NCBI GenBank assembly: GCA_020184695.1
Contig: JAANOX010000034.1
Location: forward strand, 62,001 to 126,000
Source of the DNA: Histomonas meleagridis 2922-C6/04-290x
Taxonomy: Eukaryota > Protista > Parabasalia
Reading direction: 5' to 3'
Length of the DNA stretch: 64,000 nt
Made by a program: the position numbers and the translations under genes
Part shown: one piece after another, positions 21,264 through 33,700 of the stretch
Layout of the letters: every line of letters begins with the position of its first letter
Position numbering within the stretch: the first letter of the stretch is position 1
The notes under the pieces: model-generated
Seen by the model: only the letters and a program-made list of their open reading frames with translations
The model's database searches: none
Told to the model about the DNA's origin: nothing

Positions 21264-22352
21264 TTAAACTTTTTCTTCTTCTTCTTCACCAACATTAATA
21301 TCAATTTTCTCATTGTTCGATTTATTTTCTTCATTCTCTTCATCATCATCATCTTCTTCTTCATCTTTATTCGTGATCAATACGTCGTTATCATTCTCTT
21401 CGAATTTCTTCTTCATCTCCGCTTTGCGTACATACGCATAATACGCAGAGAAGCCAATTGTCATTACGGTGCCGGCGAACTTCATCGGCGTCATAACTTC
21501 GTCCTTAAATATCAAAAACGCTAACACTGTCTGGAGACACGCTTTGACAATGCCAGTCAAGTTGTGCGTGAGCGGTGTCGTGTATTTGATGTTAAGGAAA
21601 ATGGCAATGTTGATGATGAAGCCCGTGACGCCTGCCAGGACTTGAACGCCCCAAAATCGGGTGGAACGGGAATTAGTGAACACTTCAAACTCGCCGGAGA
21701 AATAAACAATGGGCGTGAGAATGAGAATTGCAATTGGTGTATTATACTCAATAAGTAAATACTCATTGTTGTCTAAAAGTCCCATGACTCGCTTAACGAC
21801 AATGGCATAGGCTGCTACAAAAAAGGAGGCAGCAACGCCTAATAATGTACCTTTAAGCGTTAAATTAATATCACCTTCAATCCCTAAAACAAAGCCTAAG
21901 ACAACACCTGCACATCCAAGACATGCTTTGAGTGACGTCTTTTCGTGGAAAATAACAAAGGTTAAGATGATATTGAAGAAAACTGATAAAGAACGAACAA
22001 TTTGATAGCCAGATACTGAAACGTTTTCAAGGCATTTGTTATTAAGACCAATCATCATTAAGTAAGCTATACTAACTGGAAGCACTTTAATGACAACATC
22101 AAGTTTATAGTGAATTGGTGGAAAGAGATTGAGAAGTGGAACCTTTTGGCAAAATGTAGAAATTATAACAATAATGATATATGCTACAACAAATTGAAAC
22201 CAAGACATAAATAATGCACCTGATTTTTCGCTTCCTGTTAGAACAATACGATTTAGGAAAACGAGACCGATGGAAACAGTCATGTAAAAAGATACAGCTA
22301 GAATTGATTGTAATTGTGCCTTCTTGAAATCTTTTTCTTGATTTTCGGACAT
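21264..22352 (-). CDS. Nucleotide-sugar transporter, GDP-fucose transporter (SLC35C1)-like
   Basis: About 10 TM helices; VSIGLVFLN, FMSWFQF, LNNKCLENVSVSGYQIVRSL, KYTTPLTHN. Confidence 0.85.
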   Translation of the reverse strand: MSENQEKDFKKAQLQSILAVSFYMTVSIGLVFLNRIVLTGSEKSGALFMSWFQFVVAYIIIVIISTFCQKVPLLNLFPPIHYKLDVVIKVLPVSIAYLMMIGLNNKCLENVSVSGYQIVRSLSVFFNIILTFVIFHEKTSLKACLGCAGVVLGFVLGIEGDINLTLKGTLLGVAASFFVAAYAIVVKRVMGLLDNNEYLLIEYNTPIAILILTPIVYFSGEFEVFTNSRSTRFWGVQVLAGVTGFIINIAIFLNIKYTTPLTHNLTGIVKACLQTVLAFLIFKDEVMTPMKFAGTVMTIGFSAYYAYVRKAEMKKKFEENDNDVLITNKDEEEDDDDEENEENKSNNEKIDINVGEEEEEKV

Positions 22353-23066
22353 GCACTAATACATAACCGCCATTTGGATAAAATGGCTAAACCAAATATG
22401 AATTCAATTCAATTTCTTCGGATTAAAACTAATTGAAATATTATATTCAAAAACCTTATGGCCCCTCACAAAGAGAAATGACGGAAAAACGTTCCGATAT
22501 TGGAGTGGAAAAATCTATATGGTTTTTTAATTACGCATGTTTTATATTTGTTTTTTTTATAGGACTCTAAAGTTTATCATAAATTCATTTTTTTTATCAA
22601 GAAAAATAGACTGAAATTTTTTTTCTTTGATTATGATTTGTTCACATGTATCTTATAATCAGAAAGAGGTAAGTGTTTTTCCCTCATATCAAAAATATTT
22701 TATTTAATTTTTCAAGGATATATCGTGAAAAATAATAAACTCTTTCAACCGGAGGCAATCGTGATCATATTACAATTCTTGTCAAATGAAGAATTTATTT
22801 TCATTACAAATTTTAAAAAATAGAAATAATATTTTTACTCATGCGGTGGCATAGAGGGCTATTAGAAATCAAACCAAACATTAATTTAATTATGATTTAA
22901 AATAATATATATCAAATGAAGTATTGTTCACATATTAATAACACCACCAATAACTATTTATAAAATATTTTTCTTATAATTTTATTCATAAATATATGCA
23001 AAAGATATAATCAACATAACATTTTAGATTATAAAAAAAATTATTTTATGTTTATCTTTACTAACT

Positions 23067-23200
23067 CTAAATTTGATTGATAAATTTTTCATCTGCAAAT
23101 GGATCTTCATCATCATTTGGAAGTGTAATATTTTTTTCATGATGTACAATAAGAAAATGCATTTTCCAATTTCTTTTAAATAATTTAAGTTGTGATTTCG
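23067..23200 (-). pseudogene. Collapsed BspA-like relic (one LRR fused to the C-terminal tail)
   Basis: Minus strand reads, across frameshifts, EIG..AFSYCTS..KNITLPN, then DDEDPFADEKFINQI*, a tail similar to that of ORF 72-362. Confidence 0.5.
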
Positions 23201-23265
23201 AAAATCAAATGCATTCAAAACATTTTTGGAATAAACGGTTGCGTGTCACGAAATAAAAGTTCTCA

Positions 23266-24474
23266 ATGTTGGCTGCCACAAGAAAAAAACATGGTCTGGA
23301 TGTTTCTGTTGCTTTTAATCGTTTTTGTTCCCCAATGTTTCCTTTTTTCCAGAGAGTTGTTCCATGGAAAAATTGGGATGAATGGAAAGACACATACCAA
23401 ATGCTTTACAGCAACAATCCTCACGAGATTTTACTTGGATGTGCTAGAGTTTCAGCATGGGCAGCAAAACAAAGTCTTCCAATTGCTGTTGAAGTTACAG
23501 CCTCAATGCAAAGAGAACTAAATTCCCCACAAAGAAATGTTTCTGCACTTTCGCTAGCATTGATTCGTTTCATTAATGGAGTTGTTGAGCCTTTTAAAAA
23601 TGCCAATATAGGTGTATCAATATCAACAATTGGTGCGTCTTATGGTGTTCCAGATTTTGTTGTCACGTTACGTCACTCAGCAACACACGGAAAAATGCCA
23701 ACATTTGAATTTGCTGCATTAGGTGCAAAATCTGCTTTAGATTGGTTAAAAGAAAATTACTGGGAGGAGCAGCTCTCATCCATTGAAAAAATAGAAACAC
23801 AAATGAAGAATGAACTCATGGATTATTTCCTCAAATCAATTCCACCTTTTTCAAATGTTAAAAGCAATATCATTTCAAGCTTTGGTCTCAGTGAGCTTGT
23901 TAAGCTCACCTTAAATCCAAGTCAAAACAAGCACAACATTAGTCCTCAATTCCAATCCAAAGTAGCTGAACTACTAACAAATATCACAAAAACGCAACCA
24001 AACTTTGCTTTTGCTTATGCTATGAAAGTAGCTGAAGAAGTAGGCAAAGGTAATGAGGTTGCAACCTGTTGGCTCGAATTTTTGAATGAGCATAACCTAA
24101 TTCCAATGAAAGAAGTTTCCCTCCTTTTCCAATGGTGTGATCCAAGCACTCTCGGTAGAGCAATTCCCATGAAGCTAATAGGGGATATCCAATCAGATGT
24201 TCCAAATCCTGAATCGGTCGATGTAAACTTTTCAAAATTGGACATCAAAAAAATTGCGCCTTTATGGCCTCCAACTTCGATTGGAAACCTTCCGGAAACG
24301 TCAAGCCAATCATTGACAATGACAGAAGATGAGTTCGAATTTGTAGAACCCGGAGAATGTATTGTTGGAGATTCTCAGGGATTCGTCAGAAGAAATGCGC
24401 CTTTTCAACAAGGGCAAACTGATGAACAAATTGTACAGAAAAGAGAACCAGAAAACTTATTAGAAATATGGTAA
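23266..24474 (+). CDS. LAS1: Las1 pre-rRNA ITS2 endonuclease
   Basis: VVPWKNWDEW, LALIRFINGVV, HEPN motif LRHSATHG, ALDWLKENYW; real start may be the ATG at 23335. Confidence 0.82.
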   Translation: MLAATRKKHGLDVSVAFNRFCSPMFPFFQRVVPWKNWDEWKDTYQMLYSNNPHEILLGCARVSAWAAKQSLPIAVEVTASMQRELNSPQRNVSALSLALIRFINGVVEPFKNANIGVSISTIGASYGVPDFVVTLRHSATHGKMPTFEFAALGAKSALDWLKENYWEEQLSSIEKIETQMKNELMDYFLKSIPPFSNVKSNIISSFGLSELVKLTLNPSQNKHNISPQFQSKVAELLTNITKTQPNFAFAYAMKVAEEVGKGNEVATCWLEFLNEHNLIPMKEVSLLFQWCDPSTLGRAIPMKLIGDIQSDVPNPESVDVNFSKLDIKKIAPLWPPTSIGNLPETSSQSLTMTEDEFEFVEPGECIVGDSQGFVRRNAPFQQGQTDEQIVQKREPENLLEIW

Positions 24475-24830
24475 ATAAAATATAGCATAAAGTGAATTAA
24501 ATTACAAAATGTTTTGTATTTTCATTTTTAATTATATGCTGAAATTCCCAACATATTTAACAACAGTTTAATTAAATTTTAGATTTTCACATTTACATTT
24601 TAATAGCAATTTATAAAAGTTTTATTTTTGGTAGCTTTTACCAAAATTGTTTAGTATAGATGAAAAATATTCATAAATAAAAATGTTGTTAATGTTTTCT
24701 TTACTTTTTGATGTTATCTGATTTGTACATATATGTAAAAACTTATATTTTTAAAAAAAAAAAAAAATAGAAAATAATTTGAAAATTTATTGATGCATAA
24801 AATTTTGAGTTTAAAATTTTAAGATTTTCT

Positions 24831-25439
24831 TTAGCAACAATTTCCCGTTTTTTCATTTGTTTTAATAGAAACACCAGGTCTTAAACTTGCTTGTCTTGCT
24901 TCTTTTCCAGTAATTCCATTTTTTATGCACATATCAAGGATACTTATAATTAGTTGATTAAATGCTGCTTCAACATTTGTTGTATCTTTAGCAGATGTTT
25001 CAATAAAGAGAAGTTTTTGGTTTTCAGCAAAATTAATTCCTTCTTCTTTGTTGATTACACGTGAATCTTCAGAGTCAGTTTTATTGCCAATTATCATTAA
25101 AATGATATTAGGATCAGCGCTTTGCCTTATTTCAGTAATCCATTTTGAAAGAGAATCAAATGACGTTGCCGAAGTAATATCATACACAACCATAGCGCCA
25201 TTAGCACCTCTATAATATGCGGATGTTATTGATCTATATCTTTCTTGCCCTGCTGTATCCCATACTTGAGCTTTAATTACATTACCATTTATATTTAATG
25301 TTTTGGTAGCGAATTCCACACCAATTGTACTCTTATTTTCAACTGAAAACTGATTACTTATAAATTGCGATAATAAATTAGTCTTACCAACTCCTGAGTC
25401 ACCAACAAGAATAATTTTTAGTAGGAAATCTGGTTCCAT
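24831..25439 (-). CDS. RAB11: Rab11-like GTPase
   Basis: GDSGVGKTNLL, KSTIGVEFATK, KAQVWDTAGQERYRSITSAYYRGA, C-terminal CC. Confidence 0.88.
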   Translation of the reverse strand: MEPDFLLKIILVGDSGVGKTNLLSQFISNQFSVENKSTIGVEFATKTLNINGNVIKAQVWDTAGQERYRSITSAYYRGANGAMVVYDITSATSFDSLSKWITEIRQSADPNIILMIIGNKTDSEDSRVINKEEGINFAENQKLLFIETSAKDTTNVEAAFNQLIISILDMCIKNGITGKEARQASLRPGVSIKTNEKTGNCC

Positions 25440-25738
25440 TACTTCCAATTAGGTAACTGATAAAAGATTTTGTTTTCTCACTTTTAAATAAAAAATTTAT
25501 GGAGTTTTTTTTTGAAAAAAAGTTATATAAAATTTATATAGAAATGATTATCCTTAATAAAATGATTTTCGCGTATGAAATGATGAATAAAAATAATTCT
25601 GAATTATTTCGTTTTGAAAATCATTTATAGCGTTATAAAGTATCATGATTATTTAAGAACATAAATATTTTTTTTCATGCTTGCAATTGTAGAAATGAAA
25701 TCCGTTAAAATATATTAACGTATTTGTAACGTTCTCCA

Positions 25739-26545
25739 ATGGAAGCGACAAACAACATCAAATATCAGCTTTCAGTTCAAAGACCAAAACTATCTCGTTT
25801 TGGAACGTTTTCTATCGAGAACTTAGATATCCAAAATCTTTCTGACATAGGAACACAAAAAACATTAAGAACATTGAAACTTACCAATTCCAAAATTTTA
25901 TCTTTATCTACGCTTCCATCACAACCTAATTTAGAACGTATTTGTGCAGATAATTGTCAAATTAATTCATATGAAGGTTTATCACGACATCCAAGACTCA
26001 AAAGCATATCATTTCAAAACACTCCAATTTCAAATCAACCCAATTTTAGACTAAGCTGTATCATAGTTATTGGAAATAGGCTATCTCTTATCAATGGAAT
26101 ACCGGTAACTAACAAAGAAAAATTAATTGCATCTCAATATCCACTAATAGCACGATATCTAATTGAAGCTGGGTGGGAAGTCAGATATCCTGTTCCAACC
26201 CATAAAGAATTTTGCCAATATGCTCAACAATATAAATCAAAATTGAAAGGAATTGATCCAAATATCTTCAATGAAAGATCACAAAAATACTTCAAAAGTA
26301 TCCCCTTCTTTATATCAAATGATAGCCCACAAATTATATATAAAGAAGATGAAATCGAAGAAGAAGATTTAAAAGATCAAGATCTTGAGCTTGCAAACCA
26401 ACTCCGAAAAATCATCCGTAAAAAGCTGGGAATTAACATAGGAAATGACTGTGATTTAGAAGAAATTAAAGATATTATCAGAGAACTTTCTCAAATTGTT
26501 CAACAACTTGATTCATGCCAAGATGAAATATTTGGAATCGAATAA
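25739..26545 (+). CDS. Leucine-rich repeat protein
   Basis: LRTLKLTNSKILSL / LERICADNCQINSY / LKSISFQNTPI LRR-like repeats followed by an LRR-cap-like segment. Confidence 0.65.
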   Translation: MEATNNIKYQLSVQRPKLSRFGTFSIENLDIQNLSDIGTQKTLRTLKLTNSKILSLSTLPSQPNLERICADNCQINSYEGLSRHPRLKSISFQNTPISNQPNFRLSCIIVIGNRLSLINGIPVTNKEKLIASQYPLIARYLIEAGWEVRYPVPTHKEFCQYAQQYKSKLKGIDPNIFNERSQKYFKSIPFFISNDSPQIIYKEDEIEEEDLKDQDLELANQLRKIIRKKLGINIGNDCDLEEIKDIIRELSQIVQQLDSCQDEIFGIE

Positions 26546-27858
26546 AAATATGTTAAAGTGTTAAAATAAAAATTTTGTATAAACTCTATGTTTAATTGTA
26601 AGTGAGCTAAATAAATCCTTTAGAAAGCAAAATATTAATTGTTATTACTGAGTTTTTAATTAAATTTGATTAACTTCATTGAGGTGAATCTTTATGTTAA
26701 AACGAAGTTATCCTAAGAAAACATTAAAAGAAAGAAATTTGTTTTTGATATGTCTTTAATATTAAGAATTAATCCATCATCACAATTTTTATGTTTTTAC
26801 CAATGATATGAGAATTCATCTTATTTATCATTTATTTTTATAAGTTGTTTCTGAGTATTTGACTATATTTTGCATTTAGTCCTAAAATTTCTCTTAATTA
26901 CTCGAATTAATGATAAGTTTATATCAATTTATTACGATTTGAGGCATGGTGTGAAAAGTAATACATTTTTTCGTATGTTTCTTGATGTGCAGGAATCAGC
27001 CTCTTGTCGAACATTTGGAAAACCATATACAAAGATGCTCTTAATTAATCAATCATTTTCAAAATGTATAAAAGCTACTTAGTGAAGGGAAAGACAAAGC
27101 AAGGGAACATAATTTTCGAAAGATATGAATGATAAAATGGTTTCAAACATCAAAAATCGAACCTATGAACAAAAATGATTTGTTCAGAGAGAGAATGGAT
27201 GATGAGATCTCATCAGAATGGAAAAAAAAAAGAACTCGAGTCAATAAAACCAAGAAATACAGAAAAGTTACAAGGATATCAAACACAATGATATCTTATA
27301 TGTTAATTATCACTATATTTATTATGTTAATTATGTGATTTTTAAATTTTTCAAGTATTCTTCAGAACAGATTATGCGATAAATTACCAACAAAAATGTT
27401 GATGTAAGGTATTATCACTACTTATTGAAATAATAACGAGCTCAAGCAGTAAGGTAACAACAGAAGAATTTTTGTAACAACCACAACAATTTTGTGCACA
27501 AGACGATAAAAAAATTAATTTCAATTTTCTGTATCGTTACGATCAAAGACAAGCAAATTTATCGCTTCAATGGATTGAAAGGGATAACCACTTTTTCAAT
27601 TTAGTGGCAACTGATCATAATAAAGAAAATTGCTTTAGTTCGTTAATTATAAGAGTAAACATTTTGTAAATCTTAAATTGATTAAAAATATTAATAAGTG
27701 AGCATAAAAATATATGAAACTTTAATTGAAAATCAGAATCATGAAAGATATCTCAGGTTTATTACTTTTGAAAAACACGGTTAGGAGTTACTGAACACAA
27801 AATTTTGCCGTCTTAAAATTGTGAGGGGTTTACTGTAAGCCTTTCAAATTCTCAACAA

Positions 27859-29229
27859 ATGAAATCATTTCCATATCATTTTTGCAAGATGATGGATTCC
27901 AACAACTCTCTTCTCCAAGATATGATTGAAGATGAGGAACCAAAAAATGAGGAAAATCAAGAACAAGGCCTGAATGAAAAAGAGAACGTTCCTCAAGAAA
28001 TACCACAACCCACATTTTCTGGAACAATAACTGTCTTAAATCTTTTAAATTCTTTTCTTGGAACCTTAATTACTAACAATGCGTACTCTTTTGTTGGTGC
28101 CGGATTTGTTGGTACAATTCTTATTACATTAATATTTGCAACTATTTCATATGGTATATCATATATGATGCTTAAACTTGCAAAGGAAACAAACACCAAT
28201 GGAATCAATGCGCTTTCAGCTGAAATTCTTGGACGAGTTGGTTCATTTATATATTGCATCTTAAATATTTTTTATTTATTTTGGTATTTAACTAATTGCC
28301 TTTCTGCTGCAGGAGAAATAATAGTCCACTGGATTGAACTTAGCGAAGTCAAACTTTCAAGATGGGCTGGTATTGTTCCCAATTTTATTTATTCGCTTAT
28401 TCCCGTCTGTCTCACATTACCAGTCCGCCAGAACAAGATTCTCCAATATTTCTCCATCATTACAATCTTTTGTGTAATTTTTTATTTGATCATTATGTTT
28501 GTTAAGATGGGTATTTATCTTCACAATAATCATTCCATTCATTCATATTGTCAAACAATATCATTTAATTCTGATTTTTATTTAGATTTACCATACTTTG
28601 TATTATATTTCCCAATCACAACAATCTTTATGCCATCATTACGACTTTATAAAAAGAGATCATTTAAGAAGTATAATTTACTTGTGTTAATTACAATCAT
28701 TATAGCATTTTTGATTTTTAATGTATCTGGTATTACAGGTTATGTGACCACTGCAGGCTTCGAGCGAAACATATTTCGGGCATTTGATAGAGATGACGTG
28801 TTAATGGCTGTTACACTTGCAAGTATATTATTAATTGTCACATGTTCATATCCGATAGTATGTCGAAGTATGATGAATTCATGGAGCCAGCTAATATGTA
28901 AGAACGAAAACTATTTGGAATTAACAAAATGTAAAACTATAATAGTTATATTCTTAAGCAACTTTTTCCCATTTGTCTTCGGAACCTTAAACGTAAGCAC
29001 AATTAAAGTGGTCAACAGTATTTGGTTCTTTCTTGCAGTCGCTTTCATGTGTATCTTGAATTACATTTATCCGCCAATTATGTGGTTCTTTTACTATAAG
29101 AGGAAAGAAGGTAAAATCTGTAACGTTAGAAACATTTTAGGTTTGATTTTGGTGCTTTTAGGTATAACATTGATTATTACATCTGGCGTTGGATCAGTCC
29201 ATTATATGGGCGAATACTTCAACAGTTAA
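27859..29229 (+). CDS. Amino-acid transporter (AAAP/Aa_trans family)
   Basis: TVLNLLNSFLG first-helix motif and about 11 TM segments; start may be 27889. Confidence 0.8.
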   Translation: MKSFPYHFCKMMDSNNSLLQDMIEDEEPKNEENQEQGLNEKENVPQEIPQPTFSGTITVLNLLNSFLGTLITNNAYSFVGAGFVGTILITLIFATISYGISYMMLKLAKETNTNGINALSAEILGRVGSFIYCILNIFYLFWYLTNCLSAAGEIIVHWIELSEVKLSRWAGIVPNFIYSLIPVCLTLPVRQNKILQYFSIITIFCVIFYLIIMFVKMGIYLHNNHSIHSYCQTISFNSDFYLDLPYFVLYFPITTIFMPSLRLYKKRSFKKYNLLVLITIIIAFLIFNVSGITGYVTTAGFERNIFRAFDRDDVLMAVTLASILLIVTCSYPIVCRSMMNSWSQLICKNENYLELTKCKTIIVIFLSNFFPFVFGTLNVSTIKVVNSIWFFLAVAFMCILNYIYPPIMWFFYYKRKEGKICNVRNILGLILVLLGITLIITSGVGSVHYMGEYFNS

Positions 29230-30002
29230 ATTGATTAAATAACTCTATCAAATTAATTTTTGTTTCCGCTTTGCTATGTTTTTGAGGTTGAATTCACACA
29301 GCTGGAAGATTATCCCAACGAGTCGAATGAATGAGAAATTATCGGATTTATATTCAAAAACTGAGGAGTGAAATCAAAGAACGTTAAACAAAATTGAAAT
29401 GTAAAACAAATTTCAGGTAAAGTAAACGGCTTCCCGGAACCGTTTGTGATTATCTCCTATAAAAAATATTTTGATTTTAGATTATGGAATCAATTTAAAT
29501 GTATGTCATTTCCGAGTAATCAAAATCAAAATTACATAGATATGGCAAATTCATATAATAGATATGATTCTTTTTTTAATGCTCATTAAATCTTATTAAA
29601 TTTTGCATTTCTTTCTTTAAACATAAATAGATATCTCACTTTTAGTTCACGAATAATGAAATCATTATTTATGTTTGTAATTTGGATTTATGAGTATTAT
29701 TTTAACCAAAATTTTCGATCGAAATTTCAATAAATTTGACAATGTGTGTTTTGATGCAGAAAATCGAAGCCGATTAAAAAACCGTTTTCTAAAATTTTAG
29801 GTGAGGAATTCTATGGCATCCAGACATGTAACATTTCCAAAATCTGCCCAAAAACCGCCTTTACATATTGTCAAATATTGACTGCAATGTAGTCAAAAAA
29901 GCGGTTGTCAGATAAAACAAGTCATTTCATGTCAACAATGAACTTTTTCATAGCAAGAGTGAGTTAAGTTTAAATAAGTTAGAATTGAGTTCACTAAGTT
30001 AT

Positions 30003-30620
30003 ATGAATCATCAAATGAAAGAAACAGATTTCCCTAGTTACTGGAATCTCTTAACAACAAGTGACCAATGCGGATATAATAAACTTAAAGAAGAGATTGT
30101 TCCATTATCTTATCGTGCATCAAAAGATAAATTGAAACACCAGTTCCAAATAATCATTAACAAGATACAGCAGTATGTTTTCCAACATGATGGAAACGAT
30201 TCCCTTCGTTCTTTGGTTTGTGGTATTGTTTGGATATCTGGTGGTATTGCAGTATGCAATAGACATCTCTCAAAGTTAATTGGGAAATGCAAATCATCCA
30301 TAAACTGCGGACTTCAGTCCATCGGATACAAGAATTCATCTATCACACCAAAAGATGCATCTGATTTGGCAAAACTATTTCCGTTTTTGATGGGAAATTG
30401 TTCAGAAATGAGACAGTGGACAAGTAGAGTCAAAGAAGATGAAACATTGAATTGTGAAGCTTTGTTTATGACATACTTTGAACATGAAACACAGATTGCA
30501 ACAGATACAGAAACAAAACAACAAGACTTGTTCTTCCAAACAGAGGAATTCGATCTTCAAAACGAAGATACATTTTCGAATTTCTCGATTGAAGGTCTTG
30601 ATTTCTTAAGTGTATTTTAA
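30003..30620 (+). CDS. Initiator-binding domain (IBD, IBP39-like) protein
   Basis: RSLVCGIVW..GIAVCNRHLSKLIGKCKSSINCGLQSIGY and RQWTSR; TCACT initiator-like motif about 10 nt upstream of ATG 30003. Confidence 0.85.
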   Translation: MNHQMKETDFPSYWNLLTTSDQCGYNKLKEEIVPLSYRASKDKLKHQFQIIINKIQQYVFQHDGNDSLRSLVCGIVWISGGIAVCNRHLSKLIGKCKSSINCGLQSIGYKNSSITPKDASDLAKLFPFLMGNCSEMRQWTSRVKEDETLNCEALFMTYFEHETQIATDTETKQQDLFFQTEEFDLQNEDTFSNFSIEGLDFLSVF

Positions 30621-30755
30621 ATTATTTGTTCTATCCTAAAATGTTTTTAAATTTGTTGATTCCTTTGATAAAGTACTTTCAAATGTTGAGATACTTGAGC
30701 AATAAATTTTGTTAATGATTTGTGAACTTTACGTAAATGTTGTTGAACGTTAAAT

Positions 30756-33700
30756 ATGTGTACGTTATTTTTAATGTCTATCAATGAAGAATGGCTTTTT
30801 GAAGTAAATAAAAAAATAGCTCATCTTACAAAGCTTGTTTTTAAGCTTCATGCAAATGCAACAGATAGAATTGATGAAGTTAAGAACCTTAAAAAGTCAC
30901 TCGAAGACGAATTATCAGATGTTAAAATTAAAAGTAAAAAAGAAATAGCTGAAGCAAAAGATTCCTTACGGCAAATTCAAGGAAATTTGGAAAGTACATT
31001 AAAAAATAAATATGAAACAGAATTTCGTTCAATCAAAGAAAATTATGAAAACAAAAAAGTATCTATTGAAGACAAATCTCACAAAATGGTGGAAGAAATT
31101 TCAACAGAACTTCTTAACATTCGTCAACAATTAGCAGATTTAAAAAGAAAATCAGAATTTTCATTAACAACATACAACCAATCAAAAGATCAATTCCAAC
31201 AAATATGTGATAACATAAAATCCAAACTTCAAGAAAGACACAAAATTAGCATTGCTAATCATGTAACATCGGCAAATAAAAAATATAATAATCTTGTTCT
31301 TGAAACTGTCAAATTACAAGAGTCTCTTAAGGACCAATTTGAACGTGAAGAAACAGAGCTTAAAGAAAAACTTGCATCTGATCAAGAATCCATTAAATCA
31401 AAGTTATTTGATTCCATTCATAATCATGAAACAAATCTTCACAAACTTGAACAAGAGCGCGATGAAATTTCCGCCCTTAACGAGGACCTTAAACTTTACA
31501 TCATCGATCAAGAGAACAATACAGAGTCGAAAATCAGATTTTATAAAGAACAAAAAGAAGCACTTTTTCGTAAACAAGAGAATGAATTTTCAGAACTACA
31601 AAAGCAATTTGATGAAATTAAATCACAAAACGATCTAGAAAAACATTCTATAGAAGAACAAATTGATTCTGAAGAAACAGATTTCCAACAAAAGATGCAT
31701 CAAATCGAAGAAAAAATTGAAGAACAAAAAATCCAGCATACAAAAAAATTAAATGAACTTGAATCATCTGTTAAATTCTCATCAGAAGAAACTAACCAAC
31801 GTAAAGCTAAAATGATTGAAGAACATAAAAAAGCAATTGATGACCTTAATAAGAAACATGAATCATTTGTTGAAGAAAGTAAAAAACGAGAAACTGACAT
31901 GTTAAGTGAAATGGACGGTTTACGCAAAATACATGAAAATAATATACAAAAAGAAAAAGATAAAATATTTAATGTCCAAAAAACTCATGAAGAAGAAATA
32001 AATCAATTGAAACAAAGCCATTCTAATAAACTTGAACAACTTCAAAAAGAACATGAACATAAAATTAATCAAATGAAAGAAAATCTTAAAAGTAATAATG
32101 AATCATCAACACAAACCAAACAAATGTTCATACAACAAATTAATGAACTTAAAAATGAAATTGAACAACTTAAAGCTGATAATTTGTTAAATCTTGAACA
32201 AATAAAAAAACGAAATGAAAATGAAATTGAAGAAGTTCGAAACGAATATCAAACAAATTGTCAACAAATTGATGAAACGCATAACCGAAAACTTCAAGAA
32301 ATAAATCAAAACAAAGAAGAAAAAGAAGAAGAATTAAAAACAAATCATCAAAAACAAATCGAAACATTAACTGAAAATTGGAACAATAAAATCAAAAATG
32401 AAACAGAAGCACTTCGAATTCAATTAACTAATGAACGAAACAATGAAATTAATCAAATCGAAAGTGAATGGAAAACGAAAATTAATGAAATCGAAATGAA
32501 AATTAACGAGAAATTAAAAATTAAAGAAAATGCTGAAAAATATTTAAATGACGAAAAGTTAAAATTGGAAAAAATAATTCGCGATTTACGAAGTGAAATT
32601 TCGAAGATAAAAACAAACTTCAAATATGAAAATGAAAAAATTAATAAAGAAAATGAAAATAAATTTAATGAACTGAAACAAAATAATGAAAAAATCGAAA
32701 AAAATTTAATCGATTTAAAGAATCAAAACTTCGAAGAATTCGAAAATAAAATTAAAGAACTTAATGAAAAACTTCTAAATGAACAAAATAAATATGGTGA
32801 AACGAAAAGAAAACTTGAAAATGAAATCGAAACAATTCGAAACAAAAACGAAAATGAAATTAATTTAATAAATTCTCAAATCGAAACAAATAATTCCGAA
32901 AGAACAAAACGAATTTCCGAATTAGAAAACAATTTATGTGAAATTAAAACAAGTCAACAAAATGAAATAAATGAAATTAAAGATAAACAACAAAATGAAA
33001 TAAATGAAATATCACAAAAACATTTATTACATAAACAAAAGAACAACGAAAACTTAAAACAATTACAAAATGAACTTTCTGCATTACAAGAAAACAACAA
33101 AAACGAAATAAACGAAACGCAAAATCGATTTAATGAACAAGAAACAAAATATATAAAAACTATCGAAACAATTAAACATAATAACAATGAACAAATCGAA
33201 GAATTAACAAAAAAACAACAAAATGAAATCGATTCAATATCATTACAACTTAAAGAAACATATTCAGCAATTGAAACGCAGAAAACTTCGCAAGAAAACT
33301 TATTAAAACAAGAAGAAAATGAATATATAACGAAAATGGCTAAAGTTAAAACTGATTACGAAACAGAAATAAATAAATTTAATAAAGAAACAAAAGAAAT
33401 CGAAAATAAAAAGAAATATAAAATAGCTGAACTAGAAACAGATATACATATATGGGAAGATAAGTTCATAAATCGAGACGCACGACCTGAAGACATCGAA
33501 ACTATTCAGAAATACGAAAACTTAATTAAAGAACGTAACGAAGCAATCGAAAAAATACAAAAAGAACTGAAACATTACCAAATGGAACTACTAAATAGAG
33601 AAACAACATTTAATAAAGTGTTCAATAATAAGCCAAAAACGGGAATGCTAACGGCGTTGGAAAGAAAGGTGAAACACGACCAAATGTTGGCTGCGGTGGG

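Noticed and set aside
22669-22716. GTAAGT...CAAG candidate intron
   Set aside because: Splicing gives a stop three codons later, and no recognisable protein lies on either side.
26600-27830. Short ORFs and apparent 10-nt TTT periodicity in a 1.2-kb gene-free stretch
   Set aside because: No family recognised and no consistent 17+3 parse; probably a decayed gene or element.
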